Shown: in pieces, positions 26,199 to 35,580 of the stretch
Numbering within the stretch: the first letter of the stretch is position 1
How the letters are laid out: each line of letters opens with the position of its first letter
Source: Rikenellaceae bacterium
GTDB lineage: Bacteria; Bacteroidota; Bacteroidia; Bacteroidales; Rikenellaceae
Direction: 5' to 3'
NCBI GenBank assembly: GCA_015060075.1
Contig: SUZE01000007.1
Location: 9,119-73,118, forward strand
DNA length: 64,000 bases
Notes under the pieces: model-generated
Database searches by the model: none
Told to the model about the DNA's origin: nothing
The model's input: the letters and a program-made list of their open reading frames with translations, nothing else
Program-made: the position numbers and the translations under genes

Positions 26199-27083
26199 TT
26201 AGTTGTCGTTGTATCCGAAGCGTGTGAGTTGGCGGTCGTTGTTGCGCCAATCGTCATTCACCTTGACAAAGAGTTGCAGGAATACCTTTTTGCCGAGGAA
26301 CGCTTCGATATCGGCACGAGCCTGCTGTCCCACCTTTTTGAGTCGCTCGCCCTTATGACCGATAACGATGCCCTTCTGCGAGTTGCGTGCCACATATATC
26401 GTTGCCGAGATGCGGTCGATGGTCGGCTCTTCCTTGTAGGAGTCAATCTCAATTTCGCAGCAGTAGGGTATCTCCTTGTCGTAGTTTAATAAAATCTTCT
26501 CACGGATAATCTCCGATGCGAAGAAACGCAAAGTCTTGTCGGTTAGAGTATCCTTCGGATAGTAGGGCTCGCCCTCGGGCAGTCGCTCCAAAATTGCACC
26601 GAAGATAGCCTCGATATTGAACTGCTCCTTTGCCGATGCAGGAACAATCATTGCCTCGGGCAAACGCTCGTGCCACTCGGCAACGATTTTTTCGAGCTTC
26701 TCCTGCGTGGTAAGGTCTATTTTGTTGATAACCACGATTGTCGGAATTGCGCTTACGGCAATCTTCTCGATAATATCGGCGTTGCGCTCGCTCTGCTCCT
26801 CGACCGTATCGGTAACATAGAGAATCACATCGGCATCGCTCACTGCGCCACGCACAAAATTCATCATCGACTCCTGTAACTTGTATGCAGGCTTCAAGAT
26901 TCCGGGCGTATCGGAGTAGACGATTTGGAAATCATCGCCATTTACGATACCCATAATGCGATGGCGTGTGGTCTGTGCCTTCGATGTTATGATAGACAAC
27001 TTCTCGCCCACAAGGGCATTCATCAGTGTCGATTTGCCGACATTCGGATTACCGATAATATTTACAAAACCGCTTTTATGCAT
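26199..27083 (-). CDS. era: GTPase Era
   Basis: The G1 motif is GNPNVGKSTL, G3 is DTPG and G4 is NKID. The C-terminal KH domain contains VARNSQKGIVIGHKGERLK. Confidence 0.93.
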   Translation of the reverse strand: MHKSGFVNIIGNPNVGKSTLMNALVGEKLSIITSKAQTTRHRIMGIVNGDDFQIVYSDTPGILKPAYKLQESMMNFVRGAVSDADVILYVTDTVEEQSERNADIIEKIAVSAIPTIVVINKIDLTTQEKLEKIVAEWHERLPEAMIVPASAKEQFNIEAIFGAILERLPEGEPYYPKDTLTDKTLRFFASEIIREKILLNYDKEIPYCCEIEIDSYKEEPTIDRISATIYVARNSQKGIVIGHKGERLKKVGQQARADIEAFLGKKVFLQLFVKVNDDWRNNDRQLTRFGYNDN

Positions 27084-27161
27084 CTTCGTTCATATTTTTG
27101 CGTGCAAAAATACGAATTAAAATTGATAATTGACAATTGACAGTTGACAATTAAAGGTATT

Positions 27162-27439
27162 TTTGTGATTTTGAAAATAAATTTCTAAATTTGCGATACA
27201 TAATTACGCAGAAAGTGTAAGTTTATTCTCGGTTTGCGAATGTAGGAAGTTCGTTTTTACAATGAGGATAGGCTGCATCATCTTTCGTCATACCATCAGG
27301 TATGGCGTGGTGTTGTTGCTTATTTTAATTGTAAAGGTCTCCTACAACCTGCAAACCTAAAATAAGTCTTCAATCCCACGCTTTCTTTTTTATATTAACG
27401 CCTTATTCGGGGTTGGTGGGCAAACAAAAACTTACTAAA
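27162..27439 (+). promoter_or_regulatory. Promoter plus a conserved 5' leader (copy c, diverged)
   Basis: -33 TTTG is at 27162-27165 and -7 TAAATTTG is at 27186-27193, with 20-nt spacing. It shares the blocks cagaaagtgt, aatgt(a/g)ggaagtt, tcaggt.., aggtc..c.acaacc, and taacgccttattcggggttggtgggcaaa with copies a and b. Confidence 0.6.
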
Positions 27440-29641
27440 ATGAAGAAAATTCTTCTTTTTTCACTAATTGCATTACTTGTTAGCTGTGTTGATTATACAG
27501 ACGACATCAATGCGATTGATGAACGCCTCGATGCGTTAGAGCAATCTGTGCCTTCTATCGATGAGCAGATTGCAGCAATTCAGACCTCTATTAAGGCTCT
27601 CAAAGAGGTTGATGAGTCGTTAGACGAGAGTATCAAAGCCCTCGAAGCGAACGATGAAGCTACTGCCGAGGAGATTGCCGCATTGCAAGATGCAGACGCA
27701 GCTATCGAGGCTAAAATCGAGGAGTTGAAAAAGTATGTTGATGACGCCATCAAATCGACCAAAGATTGGGTATCCGCAACATTTGCCACTTTGGAGCAAC
27801 TCAACGCCTTGTCGAGCGAGGTCGCAGCCCTCAAATCGTTTGTTGATGCAAACAAAACTGAGGCTGCCGCAAATCTTGCAACCGCTATCACAAATCTCGA
27901 AACCTCGCTCAAAGCGTGGATAGGCGAGCAGTTGTCGAATTACTACACTATTGCCGAAATGGATGCAAAAATCGCAAATCTTGAAAAGGCAATTGCCGAT
28001 GGCGACAGCGCATTGCAACAGCAACTCAACGAGTTGAAATCGCAACTTGAATCTGCTAAGCAAGAAATAACCGAAGCGTACAAAACCGCCATTGCAGAGG
28101 CTATTACTAATAATAATGGCGTTATAGATGAAAAAATTGCAGCTGAAATTGCAATAGTAAACGAGCGAATAACAGCATTGGAAAATCGACTTAACACCCT
28201 CGAGGAGCGTATTTCAGCAGTGGAAGATGCTATTGAACAGATTAAAGCACTTGATATAACATTCGACAATGCCGACAATCTCGCTTGTAAAGCTGGCGCA
28301 AGCGTAGAGGTCTCTTACACCATTACGGGTGGCGACAGTCAAACAACTATTGAGGCTTGGGGCGATGGTGGTTGGAGCGCCGATGTCATTGCCGAAAGTA
28401 CCACAGCAGGCAAGGTTAAAGTTACCGCACCGAGTGAGATTTCTAAGAGGGGAAAAGTTGCTGTACTCGCAACATCAGGTGCTGGTGGTGTGGCTATGAA
28501 AACGCTCTACTTCGATAAGGGTATTTTGACTGATATTCTTGATACTTACGAGGTTGATTGGGAGGCTTGCACACTTAAAGTTACGCTTAAAACTAACCTT
28601 AACTACATTGTAAGTATCCCTACCGAAGCGCAAAGTTGGATAGCGGTTGCCGACACTCGTGCAACGCTACGCACCGAAACACTTACATTTACCATTGCCG
28701 AGAACCCCGAAGATATGCCCGTTCGTTCGGCTACTATAAATCTTATTAGTGAGTGTGGCGATGTGTTGCAGAGTTTCGAGATTATTCAAAACTACCAGCC
28801 TTCGAGTGCACCTATTGAGTTTGCTGATGCAAATGTTAAAAAGGTTTGTGTGGAGAAGTTTGACCTCAATGGCGATGGAGAACTATCGTATATGGAAGCA
28901 TCAAAAGTCAAAACTTTACCCTATCATTTTTTTGGCGACTATGCAACAGCTGTAACCTCTTTTGATGAGTTGCAATATTTTGTAAGACTTATTTCGATTG
29001 AAGGTTTTGCCTTTTATGATTGCAGTTCACTGATAAATATCAAGATTCCCAATAGTGTTACATCTATAGGTCAAGCATCTTTTTATGGTTGTGAAAACCT
29101 TGTAGATATAGTCATTCCAGAGAAAGTAAGCTCAATTGAAAGGGCAACATTTTTAGCTTGTAACAATCTTGTTAGTGTTACAATTCCCGATAGCGTCACT
29201 TCGATTGGTACAGAGGCATTTGGGTATTGTCATAAACTTAATGATATCAATATTCCCCACAGTATTATCTCTATTGGAAGTATCGCATTTCGAGGCTGTG
29301 CTATTGAGAATATTGCTATCCCGGAAGGGGTTACAGTTATTAGAAATTTAACATTTTATGAATGTAAGACTCTATTAAATGTGGTTATTCCAAAGAGTGT
29401 TATTTCTATTGAGAAACAAGCATTTTATGCTTGCTCAAACTTGACGACAGTTTGTTGTAAAGCAACAACGCCACCTCTCCTTGGAAAAGATGTATTTAAG
29501 CACAATGCTTATACGGGAAATGGTTATGAAAGTGTTAATGTTGGTTGTAAAATTTATGTGCCACGCAATTCGGTAGAGGCGTATAAGGCTGCCGATGGTT
29601 GGAGCGACTATGCTGCCTATATCGAAGGCGACGACTTCTAA
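27440..29641 (+). CDS. Surface lipoprotein: long coiled coil, BACON-like domains, dockerin/EF-hand-like loop and BspA-type leucine-rich repeats
   Basis: The ATG at 27440 gives MKKILLFSLIALLVSC. A heptad-rich region of about 260 aa follows, then DLNGDGELSYMEAS. The LRR units follow the pattern IPNSVTSIGQASFYGC.NL. The C-terminal block is CKATTPP...IYVP..S...YK.A.GW..YA.YI.G.DF. Confidence 0.8.
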   Translation: MKKILLFSLIALLVSCVDYTDDINAIDERLDALEQSVPSIDEQIAAIQTSIKALKEVDESLDESIKALEANDEATAEEIAALQDADAAIEAKIEELKKYVDDAIKSTKDWVSATFATLEQLNALSSEVAALKSFVDANKTEAAANLATAITNLETSLKAWIGEQLSNYYTIAEMDAKIANLEKAIADGDSALQQQLNELKSQLESAKQEITEAYKTAIAEAITNNNGVIDEKIAAEIAIVNERITALENRLNTLEERISAVEDAIEQIKALDITFDNADNLACKAGASVEVSYTITGGDSQTTIEAWGDGGWSADVIAESTTAGKVKVTAPSEISKRGKVAVLATSGAGGVAMKTLYFDKGILTDILDTYEVDWEACTLKVTLKTNLNYIVSIPTEAQSWIAVADTRATLRTETLTFTIAENPEDMPVRSATINLISECGDVLQSFEIIQNYQPSSAPIEFADANVKKVCVEKFDLNGDGELSYMEASKVKTLPYHFFGDYATAVTSFDELQYFVRLISIEGFAFYDCSSLINIKIPNSVTSIGQASFYGCENLVDIVIPEKVSSIERATFLACNNLVSVTIPDSVTSIGTEAFGYCHKLNDINIPHSIISIGSIAFRGCAIENIAIPEGVTVIRNLTFYECKTLLNVVIPKSVISIEKQAFYACSNLTTVCCKATTPPLLGKDVFKHNAYTGNGYESVNVGCKIYVPRNSVEAYKAADGWSDYAAYIEGDDF

Positions 29642-29667
29642 ACAGAAAGCAGTGCATTTTAATAACG

Positions 29668-29795
29668 GCAAGTAAGGGCTGTTATCGGCCAGTAAGGGCT
29701 AGTAAGGGTATGCGCTCCTCTTTACTAGCCGTTACTAGCCGTTAACTACCCTTAATCTGTTGCGCCGTGACAACGTTCGGAGTCTGCATAACGGA
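29668..29795. repeat. Solo palindromic word array (AGTAAGGG words) joined to a TGCGCCGTGAC..GGAGTCTGCATAAC scaffold
   Basis: Three forward agtaaggg words are followed by the centre tatgcgctcctc and then three reverse ttactag/cccttaa words. Next comes ttgcgccgtgacaacgttcggagtctgcataacgg, which resembles the segment tctgcgccttgacaaccctcggagtccgcataaccg in the arms of the ATPase element. Confidence 0.65.
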
Positions 29796-29799
29796 CAGC

Positions 29800-29842
29800 A
29801 CCCTCCGCAGAAAAAAACTCTGCGGAGGGTTTGTTTTTTTTT
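29800..29842 (+). terminator. Strong intrinsic terminator after the LRR lipoprotein gene
   Basis: The stem accctccgcag/ctgcggagggt is followed by tttgtttttttt. Confidence 0.85.
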
Positions 29843-30134
29843 GAGGGGGCGCAGGTTTTTGTGGCATTGAATGGCATTCGGGCTTTCAGCCCTTAATGGC
29901 ATAGAATGACACTCAATGACAGCGCAGTCTGCGACTGCTTAATGACAAAAAAATCGCTGAGCATAGAAAAATTGCTCAGCGATACCTTTAATTGTCACCG
30001 CTGCGATTAAGCCGAGCGCAGAGGCTGCTTGCAGACTTTGCCGAGGCGGAGCAGTGAAGACCGAAGGTCAATTCTCAATTATCAATTGTCAATTTGATAA
30101 GAAAAGCAACCCGAAGGCCGCTTTTCTTATCATC

Positions 30135-31466
30135 TTATCTTCTCATCATTCCCATCATATTGCGAGGAATCTTCATCTTGCCACTCGTTACCATCTTCAT
30201 CATCTTGCGCATATCCTCGAACTGCTTAATCAGGCGATTAACCTCCGCCATCGAAGTTCCCGAGCCCTTCGCAATACGCTCACGGCGGCGAGCATTCAGA
30301 ATTTCGGGTTTCTCACGCTCCAACGGTGTCATCGAGCCGATAATCGCCTCGGTATGCTTGAAGACATCATCGCCAATCTCCACATCACGCAACATCTTTC
30401 CCATACCCGGAATCATCGAGGCAACATCTTTGAGGTTACCCATCTTCTTCACCTGGTCAATCTGCGAGAGGAAGTCGTTGAAGTCGAACTTGTTGGTCAT
30501 CACCTTCTTGGTCAGACGGCGAGCAGCCTCCTCATCGTACTGCTGCTGCGCACGCTCTACGAGCGAAACGACATCGCCCATACCCAAAATACGGTCCGCC
30601 ATACGCTCGGGGTGGAAGACCTGCAAAGCGTCCATCTTCTCGCCACTCGAAATAAACTTCAACGGCTTATTTACCACCGAACGAATCGAAATCGCAGCAC
30701 CACCACGGGTATCGCCATCGAGCTTGGTCAAAACTACGCCATCGAAATCGAGGCGGTCGTTGAACTCACGAGCGGTATTTACAGCGTCTTGACCGGTCAT
30801 CGAATCGACCACAAAGAGCGTTTCGCAAGGGTTTACGGTCTGCTTAATCGTGGTAATCTCCTGCATCATCGCTTCATCGACTGCCAAACGACCTGCGGTA
30901 TCGACAATAACTACGTTGTAGCTGTTCTGACGAGCATATTTAATCGCATTCTCGGCAATCTCGACAGGGTCTTGGTTGCCCTCCTCGGTATATACCGGCA
31001 CGCCAGTCTGCTCGCCCAAAATTTTCAGCTGGTCGATAGCGGCAGGACGATAGACATCGCCCGCAACGAGCAATACCTGACGGCCTTTTTTGCTCTTTAT
31101 AAACGATGCAAGTTTTCCCGAGAAGGTTGTCTTACCCGAACCCTGCAAACCAGCAATAAGAATTACGGCAGGGGTGCCTTCGAGCTTGATATCGGTAGCC
31201 TCACCACCCATCAGCGCAGCCAACTCGTCACGCACAATCTTGGTCATCATCTGACCGGGCGATACCGCTGTGAGGACATTCTGACCGAGAGCCTTCTGCT
31301 TAACCTCATCAGTGAACTGCTTGGCAACCTTGTAGTTAACATCGGCATCAATCAGCGCACGGCGAATCTCTTTGAGCGACTCGGCAACATTTATCTCGGT
31401 AATGCGACCTTGACCTTTCAGGATTTTGAACGACCGTTCGAGGCGGTCAGTAAGTTTTTCAAACAT
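30135..31466 (-). CDS. ffh: Signal recognition particle protein Ffh
   Basis: The N-terminus is MFEKLTDRLERSFKILKGQGRITE. The GTPase P-loop is GLQGSGKTTF, with DTAGR also present, and the C-terminal M domain is Met-rich. Confidence 0.95.
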   Translation of the reverse strand: MFEKLTDRLERSFKILKGQGRITEINVAESLKEIRRALIDADVNYKVAKQFTDEVKQKALGQNVLTAVSPGQMMTKIVRDELAALMGGEATDIKLEGTPAVILIAGLQGSGKTTFSGKLASFIKSKKGRQVLLVAGDVYRPAAIDQLKILGEQTGVPVYTEEGNQDPVEIAENAIKYARQNSYNVVIVDTAGRLAVDEAMMQEITTIKQTVNPCETLFVVDSMTGQDAVNTAREFNDRLDFDGVVLTKLDGDTRGGAAISIRSVVNKPLKFISSGEKMDALQVFHPERMADRILGMGDVVSLVERAQQQYDEEAARRLTKKVMTNKFDFNDFLSQIDQVKKMGNLKDVASMIPGMGKMLRDVEIGDDVFKHTEAIIGSMTPLEREKPEILNARRRERIAKGSGTSMAEVNRLIKQFEDMRKMMKMVTSGKMKIPRNMMGMMRR

Positions 31467-31549
31467 ATATATTTTTGTTTATTTTCTATAATTGCATAAT
31501 TGCGCTGCGAAGGTACGAAAAATATCTATTTTACGCAAACCTCGCTCCG

Positions 31550-31921
31550 TTATCCCAATTTTGCCATGAATTTCTCGCGATTTACAATAAAGCGGGTGTG
31601 CGTTCCTTCGCCGATGATACTAACCTCGTCACGGGCTGCGATATTAAACTTTAATTCACGCCCGTTAATCTCTGTAAGTACGGCAGTTGCGGTGATTATC
31701 TCACCTACTTTTGTAGCTTTGGAATGTTCGATATTCAGAGCCGTTCCGACAGTTGTATTTCCCTCCTCCAAGTGGGGTGCTACTGCCATCATTGCGGCAT
31801 TCTCCATCAAGGCACACATTGCAGGCGTAGCCAATACTGCCAAGTCGCCCGAACCGATATATTCTGCCGTAACCTCCGGCGTTACACGCATTGTTGCGGT
31901 AAATGATAATCCCTCCTTCAT
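31550..31921 (-). CDS. Hotdog-fold thioesterase family protein
   Basis: The ATG at 31921 gives MKEGLSFTATMRVTPEV. The 123-aa single hotdog domain contains VLATPAMCALMENAAM. Confidence 0.65.
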   Translation of the reverse strand: MKEGLSFTATMRVTPEVTAEYIGSGDLAVLATPAMCALMENAAMMAVAPHLEEGNTTVGTALNIEHSKATKVGEIITATAVLTEINGRELKFNIAARDEVSIIGEGTHTRFIVNREKFMAKLG

Positions 31922-32028
31922 ATTATATTTAGCTTTTAGCCATTGGCTTGTTTCAAATTGACAATTGACGAATTGACAATTGACAATTAATTGTATTTTT
32001 TGTTTAGACCTACGGCGCAATTTTACAT

Positions 32029-32058
32029 CTCTCGTCTCTCGTCTTTCGTCTCTCGTCT
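32029..32058. repeat. CTCTCGT-word array, identical 30-mer also at 50518-50547
   Basis: The sequence ctctcgtctctcgtctttcgtctctcgtct occurs at both places, each upstream of a TAnnTTTG -7 box. Confidence 0.7.
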
Positions 32059-32122
32059 AATTTTTTTCTGCCACAAAAATAATGAAATTTTCCGCCAAAT
32101 CGTTATATTTGCGGAAAGAATT

Positions 32123-32701
32123 ATGAAAAACAGGATGGTCATATTGCTGTTGTTACTGTCGTTTGTTGCGCCGAGCGTGTCGGCACAACGGTGGGGACGT
32201 GGTTTCTATCGCCAAGAATGGGCGGTGGAGAATGGCGACTCGATACCTCATATCCATATTCTTCCAATTCGCAAATATGCCCGCAAACCCGATATGCGCC
32301 GTTATCAGCGACTTATACGCCAAGTGAAGAAGTGCTATCCGTTGGCAAAGCAGGCACGCGCAGAGATGGAGCGTATGGAGCGACAACTGCTTGCTGTAAA
32401 GGATAAGAAAGAGCAAGAAAAACTCGCAAAGCAGTTGCAAAAACAACTTATCAAGCAATATACGCCCGTGATTTTGAAGATGACAATTTCGGAGGGTAAG
32501 GTGTTGCTGAAACTTATCGATAGAGAAACAGAACAAACGGCATATCAGATAATTAAAGATTTTCGTGGAGGCTTTGTTGCGGGCTTTTGGCAGATGTTTG
32601 CCAAGATGTTTGGTAACAACCTCAAACTCGACTATCAACCCGAAAAGCGCGATAAACTCCTCGAACAGATTGTGACCTATTACGAAATGGGGTGGCTGTA
32701 A
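32123..32701 (+). CDS. DUF4294-like secreted protein
   Basis: The ATG at 32123 gives MKNRMVILLLLLSFVAPSVSAQ. The conserved block is MTISEGKVLLKLIDRETEQTAYQIIKDFRGGFVAGFWQMFAKMFGNNLK. Confidence 0.7.
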   Translation: MKNRMVILLLLLSFVAPSVSAQRWGRGFYRQEWAVENGDSIPHIHILPIRKYARKPDMRRYQRLIRQVKKCYPLAKQARAEMERMERQLLAVKDKKEQEKLAKQLQKQLIKQYTPVILKMTISEGKVLLKLIDRETEQTAYQIIKDFRGGFVAGFWQMFAKMFGNNLKLDYQPEKRDKLLEQIVTYYEMGWL

Positions 32702-32853
32702 AATCGTTCTGCTTGACTCTTTTTGCACGAGTCAGCGGATAGCAAAATGCTCACATAGGCTTACTATGCTCCGCTTTTGCTCCCTTGCCTCGCACAAAAA
32801 TAGTTCAAGCATATTCGATTTTCCTATCAACCAGAAAGCGGAGTCGTATATCG

Positions 32854-32900
32854 CTCAACACAACAAAAGGAGGACTAAATCCTCCTTTTGTTGTGTTGAG
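32854..32900 (-). terminator. Long hairpin downstream of tRNA-Gln that overlaps its 3' acceptor end
   Basis: A 21-bp stem ctcaacacaacaaaaggagga/tcctccttttgttgtgttgag has a ctaaa loop. Confidence 0.55.
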
Positions 32901-32966
32901 CTGCCGGGACTCGAACCCAGAACGACAGAACCAAAATCTGCTGTGTTACCATTACACCACAGCTCA
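32896..32966 (-). tRNA. tRNA-Gln (anticodon UUG), 71 nt, CCA not encoded
   Basis: A hand-folded cloverleaf has a 7-bp acceptor stem TGAGCTG/CAGCTCA with a U1:A72 pair. The D stem is GTGT/ACAC with a GG loop. The anticodon stem is GCAGA/TCTGT with loop TTTTGGT. The T arm is CTGGG-TTCGAGT-CCCGG. Confidence 0.88.
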
Positions 32967-33138
32967 ATCCGTTGCTCGTAAGCGGTGGCAAAGGTACAAC
33001 AAAAATTTAGAATTAAAAATTAAAAATTAAAAATTTGATAAAAAATATATATTATTCTTTTAATTGTCAATTATCAATTGTCACTTAAATTCCTTGTGCG
33101 CCACCTTACTTGCCGTTATAAATTGCACCGTTTTCCGT

Positions 33139-35580
33139 TTAGAAGTCGTAACAGACAATATAGTCCGCATACTCATTCCAGCCGTTAGCGGTTTTATATA
33201 CTTCAATCGAAGCTGTCGGCACATAAATCTGACGGTGCGAACTCGTACTATAAAACATATAACCACCGCCAGATGGGGGAGTTGTCGGTTTACAATATAC
33301 CTTTGTTAGCGAAGTGCAATTAGAAAATGCCCAATCTCCAATCGAAGTAATGCTATTAGGAATTGTAACAACCGTCAGCGACTCGCAAGTATTAAATGCG
33401 TAATTTCCAATACTAGCGACACTATTACCAATTGTTACACTTGAAAGCGATACACAGTTGTTAAATGCGTGATTTCCAATGCTAATAACACTATCAGAAA
33501 TTATTGCAGTTATCAGAGATGTACATTCAAAAAATACGGTATTTCCAATTGAGGTTACACCATTTCCCATTGTTATACTTTGTAGCGTATTGCAATTGTA
33601 GAACGCATAGTCCCCAATCGAAGTAACATCACCGTCAAACTTAATAACGCCTTTTCCATTCTCATAGGTATTCGACACGATATTCGCACCAAACGTAGCA
33701 AGTGCAGTTGCATAGTTATTTCCATCTCCATAGTATGGTGTTACAATTGCTCCATCTGATGAGGTGTACCAAATTTCATTATTTGCAGGTGATACAAGAG
33801 CCGCTTCGCCTTTTTCAAAATCGTATCCCGCAATATATGAAGCGTACTCTTTCCAATGCGTCTTTACCATATATGTACATATCGATGCCATAGGCACATA
33901 AATTTTAGGGCCCGAAGCATTAGCGTAAAACATACTGCGACCTCCTGTCGGTGGAGTAGTTGCCTTACAATACACCTCTTTTAGTGAGGTGCAGCAATCG
34001 AACGCACAGTCTTCAATCGAAGTAATACCGTTGCCAATAGTAACTCTTTTCAGCGACTTCAGATCATAAAATGCAGAATTTCCAATCCTAATAACTCCAT
34101 TACCAATTTTCACATCCTCTAAAGAATTACAACCTTCGAATGCACCATTGTCAACTGATGTGACACTATCAGGGATTGTAATGCTGGTAAGCGAGGAGCA
34201 ACTATCAAATGCTGCTGCTTCTATCGAAGTGACGCTGTCAGGAATCGTGATAGTTGTCAGCGAAGTACAACTAGAAAACGCATATCTTCCAATAGATGTT
34301 ACATCGTTAGGGATTGTGTAATGTGTTAGCCCACAGCCAATAGCAAATGATTCTAATACCCCATTATCTATTAGACAACAACCGTCAGATGATGCAAATT
34401 TTCCATAGAAAGCTTTTAACGAAGGACAACAATCGAGCGCATACTCATCAATTTCAATAACACCATTAGGTATTGTAATACTTGTCAGCGACATACATTC
34501 TTCAAATGCTCCATTGCAAATCTTTGTAACAACGCTATCAAACCTAATAATACCCTTGCCATTTTCATATGTATGGGACACGATAGTAGCACCAAATGCA
34601 TCTATTTGTTCATCTTCCTCTATACCAAGTTCTACAATCTGTCCATCTGTCGAGGTGTACCAAATTTCGTTATTAGCAGGCATTGGCGTACCTGGATTTA
34701 TTGTCGCAACGCCCTCGTAAACATTGTCATCGAGACTCCACTCTTTGATGCTGAAACTTGCAACTAATCCATTACTGGGCGCAGAGATTGTTACCTCAAT
34801 CTTATGTTGAGTTCCCGCCGTAAAGGTTATATCGGTGGCAAATGAATACTCTTTACCGTTAATTTTTACCGAAACGAGATTTGTGTCACTACTAACGGTC
34901 TGAGGAACTATCATTGCACGATAGTACGCTCCAGTGTTCCAAGGTGTAATCTCAGTTGCGCTACCCGTTGCCGTTGCAATACCGGTTGCAAGGTTGATGG
35001 TTGCAGAGTTCTTGATATTGCAAATTTTAACCTCGACATCTGCTGCTGCAAGTTCTGCTGCGGAGTAGCCATCGCCAGCCTTAATATATACCAAAGCATT
35101 GCTCAAAAGATGCTCTGTGGTAATTGTTACCGCACTCTTCGTAGGAGCAACGCCTGCGCATTTTCCCCACAAAAAGTCACTCGCCCAATAATCAGCCTCT
35201 GCGCTTTGGTCAGTATTAACGCTAAATGGGTATGCCGAAACATCGGTTGGGTTACCGTATGGATAGTAAGCATAAAAATCTGCTTTGGTAGATGCATCTT
35301 TCCAATACAACTCCTCATCTGCTCTCCAATCGGTTGAAAGAGTAAAACAAGCATTGTTTACATGGTTCTCGGTAGATGTTAAAGTTCCTGCCGTAGAGCC
35401 ATTGTAATTTACCACATAGAGCCCGACCTGATCGCTACTCTCGAAAGCTGTGTCATTGGCACGAGACTTCTCAAAGTTGATTTTAATTGGCAATCGGTCC
35501 ACAAGTTGCTCGTCTTGTGATGCATCATTCGTACAACCAATCAATAGAGCCACCAATGCAAATAGTGAAAATCTTTTCAT
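33139..35580 (-). CDS. Surface lipoprotein: fimbrillin-like N-terminal region plus two blocks of BspA-type leucine-rich repeats
   Basis: The ATG at 35580 gives MKRFSLFALVALLIGC. The LRR units follow the pattern IPDSVTSI...AF..C.SL. Two copies of the module CKATTPP..G...F....IYVP..S...Y....W.EYA.YI.GYDF are present. Confidence 0.8.
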   Translation of the reverse strand: MKRFSLFALVALLIGCTNDASQDEQLVDRLPIKINFEKSRANDTAFESSDQVGLYVVNYNGSTAGTLTSTENHVNNACFTLSTDWRADEELYWKDASTKADFYAYYPYGNPTDVSAYPFSVNTDQSAEADYWASDFLWGKCAGVAPTKSAVTITTEHLLSNALVYIKAGDGYSAAELAAADVEVKICNIKNSATINLATGIATATGSATEITPWNTGAYYRAMIVPQTVSSDTNLVSVKINGKEYSFATDITFTAGTQHKIEVTISAPSNGLVASFSIKEWSLDDNVYEGVATINPGTPMPANNEIWYTSTDGQIVELGIEEDEQIDAFGATIVSHTYENGKGIIRFDSVVTKICNGAFEECMSLTSITIPNGVIEIDEYALDCCPSLKAFYGKFASSDGCCLIDNGVLESFAIGCGLTHYTIPNDVTSIGRYAFSSCTSLTTITIPDSVTSIEAAAFDSCSSLTSITIPDSVTSVDNGAFEGCNSLEDVKIGNGVIRIGNSAFYDLKSLKRVTIGNGITSIEDCAFDCCTSLKEVYCKATTPPTGGRSMFYANASGPKIYVPMASICTYMVKTHWKEYASYIAGYDFEKGEAALVSPANNEIWYTSSDGAIVTPYYGDGNNYATALATFGANIVSNTYENGKGVIKFDGDVTSIGDYAFYNCNTLQSITMGNGVTSIGNTVFFECTSLITAIISDSVISIGNHAFNNCVSLSSVTIGNSVASIGNYAFNTCESLTVVTIPNSITSIGDWAFSNCTSLTKVYCKPTTPPSGGGYMFYSTSSHRQIYVPTASIEVYKTANGWNEYADYIVCYDF

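Noticed and set aside
27413-27439. N-terminal extensions MVGKQKLTK.. and MVGKKLIST.. on the two LRR proteins.
   Set aside because: These arise from non-ATG codons inside the conserved leader sequence ggttggtgggcaaa. The downstream ATGs give canonical lipoprotein signal peptides.
30054-31499. A 481-aa plus-strand ORF, together with the 232-aa ORF at 30094-30792.
   Set aside because: It lies entirely antisense to ffh, whose product has unmistakable SRP54 motifs. The plus-strand translation is low-complexity (His/Leu/Arg-rich) with no recognisable family. It is a shadow ORF.
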